64,000 nucleotides of DNA from a virus. Its lineage: Duplodnaviria > Heunggongvirae > Uroviricota > Caudoviricetes. Positions 22,929 to 32,451 of this stretch are shown here, piece by piece. The position numbers and the translations under genes are program-made. Numbering within the stretch: the stretch's first letter is position 1; every line of letters starts with the position of its first letter. The notes under the pieces are model-generated. The model had not been told where the DNA came from, did not search any database, and saw only the letters and a program-made list of their open reading frames with translations. The stretch is taken from IMG/VR virus record IMGVR_UViG_2636416131_000001, positions 32,831-96,830 of that record; one strand, written 5' to 3'.

Positions 22929-23606
22929 ATGAATAACATGACAACGAAAGAGCTTTTGACGGCACTTCCAAAATACAAAAGCCATAAAACAGTTCGCGCC
23001 TCAAAAATCAAAGATATCGAAATTATCGCCCTAATGGATGTGGTCCTTTTTTGCAACATCGAAGTCGTTGAGCCAGAAGGGGTAAAAGTCCATGTTGATA
23101 AAATATTTTTGCAAAAACACCGACCAGAAATTGGCGGATATCTGGTCGCTTATGAGGACGGATCTCTGTCCTATTCACCAGAAAAAACATTTGAAGAAGG
23201 CTTTAGTCGGACTAACGACTTCTTCGAAAATGGGGTATCGCTCAGCATTGAAGGTCACAATGGGGTGACATTCATTACAGCCAGGGACGTAACTATTTCT
23301 GCTGGCGGTATCGCTACTCTACAAGAAGAAATCGACCTTGAAGCAGCCGACTTTTCTGACGCGCTGATGTGGCTGAAGGATGGCAAGAAAGTTGCTCGAC
23401 GCGGGTGGAACGGCGAAAACCAATTCTGCTGGCTGGTTCCTGAAGGACAGTACCCGGCACGAATGGAAGCCATTAAGGGATATTTCCCCGGCGACCTCGT
23501 TCCGTATGGTGCTTATTTCGCCTTAAAAAATGCACAAGGTGTAGTTGTTCCGTGGGTTCCTTCTGTAGGCGACTTACTGGCATGTGACTGGTTTGTAGTG
23601 GAGTGA
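22929..23606 (+). CDS. hypothetical protein with C-terminal DUF2829-like module
   Basis: ATG 22929 with AGAGGAAAG SD; C-terminal ALMWLKDGKKVARRGWNG...W motif. Confidence 0.55.
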   Translation: MNNMTTKELLTALPKYKSHKTVRASKIKDIEIIALMDVVLFCNIEVVEPEGVKVHVDKIFLQKHRPEIGGYLVAYEDGSLSYSPEKTFEEGFSRTNDFFENGVSLSIEGHNGVTFITARDVTISAGGIATLQEEIDLEAADFSDALMWLKDGKKVARRGWNGENQFCWLVPEGQYPARMEAIKGYFPGDLVPYGAYFALKNAQGVVVPWVPSVGDLLACDWFVVE

Positions 23607-23612
23607 TTTAAC

Positions 23613-24395
23613 GTGGAAAATACTAAAGCAATTCAATACCGCCTGCGTAATGGCCAGAGTGTCGAAGTGACCATCAATAATGATGGAGTACCTGGCGAAA
23701 AGGTTTCTATCTCTGATCTGGCTATCGAAAAAACCATCATGTGCCACCTTGGCTTTACTGAAGAAGTGAGCAAAAAGCATGGTGTAGCAATCTGGAGCGC
23801 AATGGATACTGGTATGCGCAAATTCATTACTGCTCGTACCCCAGGGATGACCATGATGGACCTCATGCAGATTGCGCCGCTGTTTGAATGTGAGCCTTTA
23901 GATGTATTCAGCAATCCAGCTATCTGCCAGCAGTTATATGGTGAGATGAAACTCGCGGTTACCCCCATTGTGCTGCATGAAGGATCGCTTGCTGGCGTGT
24001 GGAAAGTGGAGCGTATTTCAAGCTACATGCCTTTCCATGTCAACGGCGTAATCACTGGTGAAAATCAACCTGTTTCCGTTATAAAGTCAGACCTCAAGCG
24101 CGCAATTCTTGAAGCAAGTTGTCGAGTTGTCGGCCTGGGCAAACAGTCTTATGTTTCCTTCCCGGCTGGCCCTGAAGGCCCGGCAGAAATTCTGATTATG
24201 GATGCCGATCTGCTCTGGCAAATACAGTTTCTGATTGGCAAAAGCATCATCCGCGCTGAAGAACTCGATCAGTACATTACCTGCACGATGACGGATGAAG
24301 TCAAAAGTGTGGCTATAGCCAATGCCCGGAACCTATGTCGTGCTGCATTAACAGAACTGCAAGAAAACACCACGGAAGAAGTGGAAAGCGATTAA
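23613..24395 (+). CDS. hypothetical protein
   Basis: 260 aa; GTG start with GGAG SD 9 nt upstream; no recognisable motifs. Confidence 0.5.
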   Translation: MENTKAIQYRLRNGQSVEVTINNDGVPGEKVSISDLAIEKTIMCHLGFTEEVSKKHGVAIWSAMDTGMRKFITARTPGMTMMDLMQIAPLFECEPLDVFSNPAICQQLYGEMKLAVTPIVLHEGSLAGVWKVERISSYMPFHVNGVITGENQPVSVIKSDLKRAILEASCRVVGLGKQSYVSFPAGPEGPAEILIMDADLLWQIQFLIGKSIIRAEELDQYITCTMTDEVKSVAIANARNLCRAALTELQENTTEEVESD

Positions 24396-24400
24396 AAAAA

Positions 24401-24420
24401 ATCCCGCCGATTGGCGGGAT
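24401..24420. terminator. bidirectional terminator
   Basis: atcccgcc-gatt-ggcgggat flanked by A8 and T-rich tract. Confidence 0.65.
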
Positions 24421-24424
24421 TTCT

Positions 24425-24736
24425 TCAATATACGATCTGGTCTACATGATCACCAAAATCATCGTCGTCGTCGTCCTCATCGCCACCATCTACTGCTGGC
24501 CAATCAACAAACCAGCCAGCGTAAAGATGCAGCGTTCGGAGAACATCACTTGCGGGAGCATCAAGGGTGTTAACGAATCCCATATAGCTATTGGGATTTG
24601 CCCCAGCTATGGCTTCAGCGATCATGTCCTCGGTAATGTCACCGGAGATAATGCTTAAACGCCCGGAAACTTCTTCATTATCATCAAATTCGATAATGGC
24701 ATCTCCGCCTAATGGCGCTGCGATTTTAATCTGCAT
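24425..24736 (-). CDS. small highly acidic protein with poly-Asp tract, distal gene of the dar operon
   Basis: 103 aa; DGGDEDDDDDDFGDH tract; very few basic residues; overlaps ddrB stop by 11 nt. Confidence 0.55.
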   Translation of the reverse strand: MQIKIAAPLGGDAIIEFDDNEEVSGRLSIISGDITEDMIAEAIAGANPNSYMGFVNTLDAPASDVLRTLHLYAGWFVDWPAVDGGDEDDDDDDFGDHVDQIVY

Positions 24737-27713
24737 TATTTAGCTCCTTTGCCACACCTAATAACAGTTCCAGCAATCCGTCACCATTCATCAGTGATGC
24801 GGCAGCGGCCTCTTTGTCATGATACAACTGAAGAGCCATAGAGAATACTTCCGTTGCTGACGTTTTGGAAATAGTCGGTGATTTCTGCCGAATTTTCCCG
24901 GTGTTACTTACTGAGGCTGGCGGGTATACCTTCGCCATATAAATATTACTCAATCGAGATCTGAAGCACCATTCAGGCTTGCCACGCCCACCGATATTAA
25001 CGAAAGATGGCTTATCCCCTTCAACATTGGCCTTCAGGAATGACCGGGCTTTCTCTAACAAACCAGGGTTACTGTACTCAAGATGATGACCCAGCTCGTG
25101 CCACAGTGCACTTGCATTTTCATCGTTCAAATTGACAGCAACAACACCATTAATATTTGCATATGCCCTTCCCTGGTGGTGAACCACCTTTGATAAGGTC
25201 GAAATTTTACCGCCGGTCAGGCGATAAATATCAGCAAGTTCCTTGCGCAGGTCTATCCCACCATTCTGTCCAGCGCGGGCTTCTTCCACTTCTTCCGTGA
25301 TAAAAGAGTCGGCCCACTCAAGAGCTTTTTCTTCAGATACGGATGAGTTGGCGATCGCACTGTTCATGGCAGATAACACTTTCTCGTGGACCGAACCCAT
25401 ACTTTGCTGATTCATTTGCCAGCGTGTCTGCGGGTTATATGAGAATCGCTTAAGTAGTTGGTCAAGATGCTCAAGTTCTTCTTCGCTGACATACTTTTTA
25501 GCCTCACCAATAATGCCGGGGAGAATATTGCCGTTAGGATTAAACGCTCGCGAAAGGAAGAGTTTCAGCGCCCCCATGCCCTCCGATGCTTCAATATCAC
25601 CAATAACACGGTTAACAATGGCCGCACTCTTCGGATTAGCATCCGCCAACGCTCTGGCTACGATTTGCAGGGACGATACGACCTCACGCTGCATATCAGT
25701 CCTGATCTCATCAATAAACTCTGGCGTTATGCCGTGCTCTTTAAGGATATCCCTGCCTTCCGCCGTTACCCCATCGATATCACCGACATGTTTATTAACC
25801 TGACTTTGCAATGCCTTAAATGCCCTCAGAATTCCACGGGCATCATCAGCTTTACTAACGGCCTTCCTGAATGCTGGCAAGAAGTCAGAGTTAACCTCAT
25901 TTTGTTGATCGGCCCACTGAATGGAGGCTTCTTTCATCTCGTCCAGAGTCAAATCACCCAACGCGGTATGGTCTGTGAATATGAGCGACAACCTCTGAAC
26001 CATTTCTGCCAATGGTGATGCCGAATGCGCCGCGCTAAGGAATGCTTTCACCCTGGTTGGGCGAATGGAAAACCAGTCAATAGCTGGTGGCATATCTCCG
26101 TTTTTTATCGCCTGCGCTATCTCGTCAAAGCCATCGCGCCCAAGGGAGGATGCGTGATTTAACAAGCCGCGAAGTAACGAATTGCTGATACCGAATAATC
26201 GGCACCATTTTTTCACGTCGGCAACAGGCATTCGAACAAAATGCGCAAGCACTTGTACAAGCTGTTCATCCTGGGGATCTGTACGGGAAAGCAGCCTGAT
26301 CAGATGAATAATGTCTTTGATGCCGGATGCCCGATGTAATAGCAAACTGGTATATGGAGCAACACCATTGTAACTACCGCCGGAAACGGACTCGAAAAGA
26401 CCGCCGGATATCCCTTGCATGCCTTCGTTTTCCAGTTCCTGAGACACCTGGCGAAGGATATCCTGTAACGACACATCACCACCGCCAAACATATCCCCCA
26501 GCGCCTGGCCCTGGTGCTGTAACTCATCATTGATACGTTGAGCCATCAACTTAAAGGCGGAGGCCATACGCTTCGCGCTACGGTTATTCGCGACGATGAA
26601 CAACGCGAGTGCTTTCACTTCCGGGGCCGTTTCGCTGAACATATCCCCCTGAGCAATAACATCGGTAATATGCTGGCCTGACTCCTTCGATTGCCTTACC
26701 AGGTCTACCGCATCTTTCAATGCCGCCAGCGCCTTTTTATCGAGGCTATCCGCTGTCTCAATGCCATCAACAATAGTTGTCACAGCCTGCTTGTGCGCTT
26801 CTCCTGATAAAGCCTGCATCTGGACAAAATCATTGGCTGCCGCATTAAGCGCCGTCAGAACATTACGCATGTCCGGATCAGGTTCTTCTGCAACCATCCT
26901 TACCAGGCGCGCATCCTTATATGCCTTGGCAAAGATCGCGTTTTGTATACGGTCTACAAGTTGCCGTGTTGGTCGCCCATCTTCAGTTACAAGGCCAGCC
27001 GCCTGTGTGGCACCAACTTGCGTCATAAATCCGCGAATAAACGCGTCATTACTGCGGCTAAGCAGATCTCCGCTTTCTGACGGGTTAAAAAGCGCCATCA
27101 TCGCCGGTGTTATGCTGTCGGCATCAACAAAAGCCTTTTCACTGGCTGCCATTTCCTGAAGATCAGAAATATTTGAGTCCTTGGCAAACTGAACGCGGTC
27201 AACCTTGGTTAACCGGCGGCGCACCAGTACCGGAGCCGTCATTGATTCAACCTTTTCAGGTCGTATGCCGAATTCGGTCGCATGATCAATCAGGTACTCA
27301 CGATACCGATCCGCATTGCCGTCCTGATAGGCTTTGATGATCCCCATGGTCCGTCCATTACCTGACTCAACGGCATTGTCCTCACCAATTATCGGCGCAC
27401 CATGGCTGGATAAACCGGAATCAGTAAGCTGAGCAGGCCGCAAATCTTTGGATATCTGGTTAACCTGAAGAAGGCTGGATGCGCGGGTCCGGTCGCGCGG
27501 CTGAAGTTCCTGGGGATAGTCAGGATTAATTTTCCCATCCAGAGTATTGGATACCAAAAGAGCTGAGGCATCGACGATATCAAACGCTGTTTTTACCTCG
27601 TCTCCCTTCGCTGTCACCACATACGAAACCCGCCCATAACCGGGCAGGTTCTTTAGCAGCTCGATCAGCGTTTCTATGCTGGTGGCCATTACCACCTGAT
27701 CGCTTAAGCTCAT
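24726..27713 (-). CDS. ddrB: DdrB, dar operon large protein
   Basis: 995 aa; synteny darA-ddrA-ddrB. Confidence 0.75.
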   Translation of the reverse strand: MSLSDQVVMATSIETLIELLKNLPGYGRVSYVVTAKGDEVKTAFDIVDASALLVSNTLDGKINPDYPQELQPRDRTRASSLLQVNQISKDLRPAQLTDSGLSSHGAPIIGEDNAVESGNGRTMGIIKAYQDGNADRYREYLIDHATEFGIRPEKVESMTAPVLVRRRLTKVDRVQFAKDSNISDLQEMAASEKAFVDADSITPAMMALFNPSESGDLLSRSNDAFIRGFMTQVGATQAAGLVTEDGRPTRQLVDRIQNAIFAKAYKDARLVRMVAEEPDPDMRNVLTALNAAANDFVQMQALSGEAHKQAVTTIVDGIETADSLDKKALAALKDAVDLVRQSKESGQHITDVIAQGDMFSETAPEVKALALFIVANNRSAKRMASAFKLMAQRINDELQHQGQALGDMFGGGDVSLQDILRQVSQELENEGMQGISGGLFESVSGGSYNGVAPYTSLLLHRASGIKDIIHLIRLLSRTDPQDEQLVQVLAHFVRMPVADVKKWCRLFGISNSLLRGLLNHASSLGRDGFDEIAQAIKNGDMPPAIDWFSIRPTRVKAFLSAAHSASPLAEMVQRLSLIFTDHTALGDLTLDEMKEASIQWADQQNEVNSDFLPAFRKAVSKADDARGILRAFKALQSQVNKHVGDIDGVTAEGRDILKEHGITPEFIDEIRTDMQREVVSSLQIVARALADANPKSAAIVNRVIGDIEASEGMGALKLFLSRAFNPNGNILPGIIGEAKKYVSEEELEHLDQLLKRFSYNPQTRWQMNQQSMGSVHEKVLSAMNSAIANSSVSEEKALEWADSFITEEVEEARAGQNGGIDLRKELADIYRLTGGKISTLSKVVHHQGRAYANINGVVAVNLNDENASALWHELGHHLEYSNPGLLEKARSFLKANVEGDKPSFVNIGGRGKPEWCFRSRLSNIYMAKVYPPASVSNTGKIRQKSPTISKTSATEVFSMALQLYHDKEAAAASLMNGDGLLELLLGVAKELNNAD

Positions 27714-27725
27714 CCCTGTTACGCC

Positions 27726-28091
27726 TTATGCTGCCTCTTTAATGTTGGCGGCTATCCATGCCGCCGTGTGCTGTTTAACCTGGTCCAGGTCGATGTATGT
27801 GCCAACATATTGACTCAAATCCTGCAAGGTACCGATAAATGCATCGGTGCTCTGATCGACGAATTTATCAGCCAGGAAATCAGCAACCAGTTTTGGCACA
27901 CCATCATGTACCGAAGGTTGTTTTTCCTCGCCACTACTGCCGCCGGACACACCGTACCCCATCTGTTGCATGATCTGGTCAATTTCATCGCTGATATCCA
28001 GCAACTCCATGCCACTCGCGGTAGCCGCTTTGGACATCAAAGCATCCAACTTATCGCTGAGATCCATTAACTCAATAGCTGATAGTGTCAT
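27726..28091 (-). CDS. ddrA: DdrA
   Basis: 121 aa acidic protein between darA and ddrB. Confidence 0.65.
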   Translation of the reverse strand: MTLSAIELMDLSDKLDALMSKAATASGMELLDISDEIDQIMQQMGYGVSGGSSGEEKQPSVHDGVPKLVADFLADKFVDQSTDAFIGTLQDLSQYVGTYIDLDQVKQHTAAWIAANIKEAA

Positions 28092-30007
28092 GCCGCTACC
28101 CCCGCTTTCTGGATTGCTACCAGCAGATCAGCCAAGTGGCGAGCAGCGCCATTAACCAGCTCTTCGTTTTCCTCAAAACGCCCGGCAGCCTGAAGGGCTG
28201 CAATCGCTTCCCGGACATTACCCCGGGCGTTACGGATCTCCGCCATGTCAGTGCTTTGCATATCCATCACGTTATTGAGATATTCAATGGCTTTATTAGC
28301 CTCTGCATCTGCTTCGCTAACCGTTTCATCAGGCTGTGCCGGGGCAGGTTCTGGCTGAGTAATCTCACCGACTTCGGCCTGCAATGCATTGATCATGCTC
28401 TGCACCATTTTCTCGGTGCCAGCGCCCCCCGGAAACGCAATATTGGGGAAAGTTTTTTGAAACTGAGTTTTCAGCATTACGCGGAACTCGTCTGGTGAGC
28501 TGGTGGCCAGCTCCAGAGCTTTTTGTGCATATTTGCCAAACGGACCATTAGTAAGTGTCTTCGCCAAGAAGTCGAAAGAATCCTCGCGAGGCAATAACTT
28601 CAGGTCGTACTCACTCATTTGCTGATCAGAAAGCGGGGTATCGTAAGTAGCAATGCCGTAGCGTGCATATTCATAATACGGGTCACCTTCATCAGGGCGC
28701 GGCAGAATTGCTTTGTTACCTTCAGGTATTGCGCCAGGGGCCGCCGGACGCATTTGCAGGGCATATCGATATGCACCTACAGAGATTTCTGGTTCAGGCG
28801 AAGAGCTACCGGTATCCTCCGCTGGTTCAGGTTCGACGTTTTCCGGTTTATGTTCTTCTGGTTGGACCAGGTATTCCGATACATTACCCGCTTTATAGGC
28901 TTTAAACAGCTTGCCGATCGCATCTGCCATGTCCACACCCTGTATGGATTTAGCCTTGATCATGTACACGCTGCCATCCGAATCGGTTAACTGGATATAC
29001 CCTTCACCGTCCTCAATGAATTGCTTCATTGATGCACCATTACTGAGCGTCACTTCCCCGTTCATATGCATACGATTTTTGATACTTGCAAGGCGATCCG
29101 TCATCGCGCGAGAGTGTCCACCAGTCATCCCCGCAGGAGCAATGGTTTCGCGCCCACCAGTTCGATTGAGCTGATCAATCTCCGTCTGCAAACGCTCATT
29201 CTCTTCATAAAGAGAATCCGCTTCCGATGCAACAGCGTTAATTTTCTGCTCCAGATCTACCTTCTGCCCTTCTACCGCTGCCACCTGATCCGCGAGGTCG
29301 CTCATGGCATCCTCTTTCTGGTCACTGTCAGCCTGTAGTTGGGTTATTTCATCAACCAGGGCTTTTTTCTTCTTCTGCGCACGCTGGAATTTTGCCGAGT
29401 TTTTCTCTGCAAGGTTGGCAAGTTTCATGGTGACCTGCGCCAGCGTCATATCACGTCCACTCATCGGAGCAACGGTATGAGTAACGTCTTTTTTATTCAG
29501 TAAGAACTGGAAAGCAATCAGCGTATCGCTATTGGTGATCCGGTTTTCCGCTGTCGGGCTATGAAACAGAATGCTGATAGTCTGACCATCACTGAGCGGA
29601 ATAATGGCTGGCAGGACCGGCAGCCCGTTAACGTTACGTGCCCGGCCAATTTCAGCCCCGCCGATCGCGCGTGCACCGTTCTGGGCCACATCCCCCGTTT
29701 TATCACTCCCCGCAGAGATTCCGGTACCATTCAGCTTCTGGTTCAATGCCCGGACAAATGCCTGCATGGTCCGGTGTAGCTGCAAACGAGTAGAACTAAT
29801 CGCCTCCAGTAAATCCGTAGCACACCAGTGGATCGGCGTGTCATAGAAGAACGTAGCCTCGATTTCCTCCAGGGTGTTGGATTCCGTCATCAGATAGCGG
29901 TCCTCACCGGCCATTAATGCGCGATATTCATCATCAGTCACTGGCGGGGGAAGCACGTCAAGCCCAGGTTTGATCGTCACCCCTTTATTGATATTGAACT
30001 GTTCCAT
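28088..30007 (-). CDS. darA: DarA antirestriction/head protein
   Basis: 639 aa; size and operon position as in P1. Confidence 0.8.
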   Translation of the reverse strand: MEQFNINKGVTIKPGLDVLPPPVTDDEYRALMAGEDRYLMTESNTLEEIEATFFYDTPIHWCATDLLEAISSTRLQLHRTMQAFVRALNQKLNGTGISAGSDKTGDVAQNGARAIGGAEIGRARNVNGLPVLPAIIPLSDGQTISILFHSPTAENRITNSDTLIAFQFLLNKKDVTHTVAPMSGRDMTLAQVTMKLANLAEKNSAKFQRAQKKKKALVDEITQLQADSDQKEDAMSDLADQVAAVEGQKVDLEQKINAVASEADSLYEENERLQTEIDQLNRTGGRETIAPAGMTGGHSRAMTDRLASIKNRMHMNGEVTLSNGASMKQFIEDGEGYIQLTDSDGSVYMIKAKSIQGVDMADAIGKLFKAYKAGNVSEYLVQPEEHKPENVEPEPAEDTGSSSPEPEISVGAYRYALQMRPAAPGAIPEGNKAILPRPDEGDPYYEYARYGIATYDTPLSDQQMSEYDLKLLPREDSFDFLAKTLTNGPFGKYAQKALELATSSPDEFRVMLKTQFQKTFPNIAFPGGAGTEKMVQSMINALQAEVGEITQPEPAPAQPDETVSEADAEANKAIEYLNNVMDMQSTDMAEIRNARGNVREAIAALQAAGRFEENEELVNGAARHLADLLVAIQKAGVAA

Positions 30008-30008
30008 G

Positions 30009-30620
30009 TTAATTTCCTGCTTTCAGTTGCTTAAGACGGCGTTTGAGTTCGCCATTTCGGGCCTTTTCGTTATTGAGTCGGCCTGTCTCCTTATCCAGCT
30101 TCGCCCGCAAATCAGTGATCTGCTGTTGATTGAAAGACACCGAGTTCTGCGCTGATTTATAAGCGGCAACCACCTGAGCATTCCGCTGTTTTGCCTCTTG
30201 CAGGCGCTGAAAGTTGGATTTTACTGCCGGTTTCTTGTCTACCGGATTGGCAACACGTTTCGCTTTGGCGATCAGTGATTTCTGGAATTTTGCGGAGTTT
30301 TTGCGGGCCGCTTGCCCCATGACGGTACCAAGCGTCTTGATATCCGGCGACTGAGCGTTAGGAATAGCTTTTCCATTCAGCCTCACAGACGATATATCGC
30401 CAGTATCGTTTACCTGTATGGCAAGAATTTGTCCGTCGTTAAGAACCAGCTTTGCGGTTTTAACTTTAACGCCATCTTTCGTTGTTGCGCGGTTGCTGGA
30501 GTCAACCTCAATTACCGTAACACCGGTTTTATTGATCGCCGCGATAAGGGATTTCAGCCCCTTTTCATTAACCTGGTCAAAATCGACCGTTGCATACTTA
30601 TTTTTCGTCATCTGACACAT
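30009..30620 (-). CDS. hdf: Hdf-like protein
   Basis: 203 aa basic/coiled-coil protein upstream of darA. Confidence 0.5.
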   Translation of the reverse strand: MCQMTKNKYATVDFDQVNEKGLKSLIAAINKTGVTVIEVDSSNRATTKDGVKVKTAKLVLNDGQILAIQVNDTGDISSVRLNGKAIPNAQSPDIKTLGTVMGQAARKNSAKFQKSLIAKAKRVANPVDKKPAVKSNFQRLQEAKQRNAQVVAAYKSAQNSVSFNQQQITDLRAKLDKETGRLNNEKARNGELKRRLKQLKAGN

Positions 30621-31041
30621 CCTGTGCGAGATTTATTACGTAACTTCTGCGGATTTGCTGAGTAACAGGGAAAATGCGATACAACGGGTTAATGAACGAG
30701 TCGCCATGCGTAACCATGACGTTGAAATGCCACAGTCGCTCTCCTTTACCCATATATTCAGTGGGTATGTACAACCATTCACTGTTTTCGCCCTGTTCAG
30801 CCGACGTCAGACAACGTTGTTCACCTTCAATCACTGTCGTCGGCTTCTGAACATCGCGGATCCAATATCTGACCGTTGCGCCGCGCAAAAACGGGAATTT
30901 AGACCGGTACTTGAACGGCACCCGGATGAAACCCGGTTTAATTTCCACATCACCAAGTTCTAAATGCGTGATGTCCTTGCGTTTTAGCAAATAGCGATCG
31001 GCTAAGGCTAACGCAAGAACGCATACACCCCAGCCAATCAT
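30598..31041 (-). CDS. lydB: LydB antiholin-like protein
   Basis: 147 aa with N-terminal hydrophobic segment; follows lydA. Confidence 0.55.
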   Translation of the reverse strand: MIGWGVCVLALALADRYLLKRKDITHLELGDVEIKPGFIRVPFKYRSKFPFLRGATVRYWIRDVQKPTTVIEGEQRCLTSAEQGENSEWLYIPTEYMGKGERLWHFNVMVTHGDSFINPLYRIFPVTQQIRRSYVINLAQDVSDDEK

Positions 31042-31367
31042 TTCCCGCCTCCCTTTTTCACCAAACTTGTAAGAACATTCAGAATGCTATCGATATTCAC
31101 TCGTTTCATCCCTGAAATCACCTCATGACCGTTATTGCTGGCTATCGTTACCATTAAGTACGTAATTGATAACTCCCAGCCCTCGTGTTGCCCCAATAGG
31201 TACGCCACCGCGCCAGCTGTCACTGCAACAAAGATCTCCGTAACCAATCCCAACAAATTGCCAGACTGGCGACCGTCTCGGACATCCATCAGGAACGTGC
31301 CTATCCCACCAATTACTGAAAGCAGGAGCGCAATAGCAACTGGAGCTAATTCCTGTGTGTCAAGCAC
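31038..31367 (-). CDS. lydA: LydA holin
   Basis: 109 aa, multiple hydrophobic helices, charged C-terminus KKGGGK. Confidence 0.6.
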   Translation of the reverse strand: MLDTQELAPVAIALLLSVIGGIGTFLMDVRDGRQSGNLLGLVTEIFVAVTAGAVAYLLGQHEGWELSITYLMVTIASNNGHEVISGMKRVNIDSILNVLTSLVKKGGGK

Positions 31368-31434
31368 AAGTTCCCTCCTACGTTGTCAGGAGGTAATGGT
31401 ATGCAAAGTAACTTCTCAACCGGTCATTTGTTGC

Positions 31435-31716
31435 TTAAGAGGCATTTCTATTGAGGTACGAATCGATAATCCTTTGTAACTTTTCAAGAATGAGCCTGTT
31501 ATTGATGCTGCAAATAATAGTCACGCAATTCTGAAGACTTTCATCCATACCCTTATATTCCGCGAAATACATGCCTATAAAGCCTGCAAGTACGGCAGCA
31601 ATACACTCGGCCATCAATTGCCTGCATGACGCTTCGTAACGTTTTTCACGAACCCCATTCAGAAACGAATGCACCCCGCCAAGGATGGAGAGGAACATTA
31701 TTGTGTAATCAAACAT
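31435..31716 (-). CDS. holin-like small membrane protein
   Basis: 93 aa, two hydrophobic helices; heads the lysis/dar transcription unit. Confidence 0.45.
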   Translation of the reverse strand: MFDYTIMFLSILGGVHSFLNGVREKRYEASCRQLMAECIAAVLAGFIGMYFAEYKGMDESLQNCVTIICSINNRLILEKLQRIIDSYLNRNAS

Positions 31717-31843
31717 AACTATTTCCTCAATAGTGAATTAAATCTCTTTGGGAAACGGTATGTACTTTGTGATTTCCACACACACAGGTTTTTGTTAATT
31801 AAAATCCGCAGCTTGCTATAAATAACGATAGTGAGCAGAAAAT

Positions 31844-32404
31844 ATGCTAATAGGCTATGTACGCGTATCAACAAATGAACAAAACACTGCTTTACAACGA
31901 AACGCTCTTGAAAGCGCAGGATGTGAGCTAATTTTTGAGGACAAGGCGAGCGGCAAAAAGGCTGAGCGCCCTGGGTTAAAAAAGGTACTCCGTATGCTTT
32001 CCAGAGGTGATACCCTGGTCGTATGGAAGTTAGACCGTCTTGGGCGCAGCATGCGTCACTTAGTTGTGCTGGTGGAAGAGCTGCGTGACAGAGGCATTAA
32101 CTTCCGGAGTCTCACTGACTCCATCGACACCAGTACACCAATGGGGCGCTTTTTCTTTCACGTAATGGGGGCGCTGGCAGAAATGGAACGTGAGCTTATC
32201 GTTGAACGTACACGCGCTGGACTTGATGCAGCTCGCGCAGAAGGTCGTATAGGTGGGCGTCGACCTAAATACCAAGAAGAAACATGGCAGCAAATGCGGC
32301 GATTGCTGGAGAATGGCATCCCCCGTAAGCAGGTTGCAATCATCTATGATGTGGCTGTTTCCACGCTTTATAAGAAGTTTCCGGCGTCATCCTTTCAATC
32401 CTAA
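31844..32404 (+). CDS. cin: Cin serine DNA invertase
   Basis: 186 aa MLIGYVRVSTNEQNTALQRNALE...; resolvase/invertase family; abuts the cix site. Confidence 0.95.
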   Translation: MLIGYVRVSTNEQNTALQRNALESAGCELIFEDKASGKKAERPGLKKVLRMLSRGDTLVVWKLDRLGRSMRHLVVLVEELRDRGINFRSLTDSIDTSTPMGRFFFHVMGALAEMERELIVERTRAGLDAARAEGRIGGRRPKYQEETWQQMRRLLENGIPRKQVAIIYDVAVSTLYKKFPASSFQS

Positions 32405-32421
32405 ACCTTGGTTTAAGAGAA
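32396..32421. other. cixL crossover site
   Basis: caatcctaaacc-tt-ggtttaagagaa; right half-site is the exact reverse complement of the cixR left half-site. Confidence 0.7.
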
Positions 32422-32451
32422 CTCGGTACCAGTGGTGAAAAGATCCCCCTG

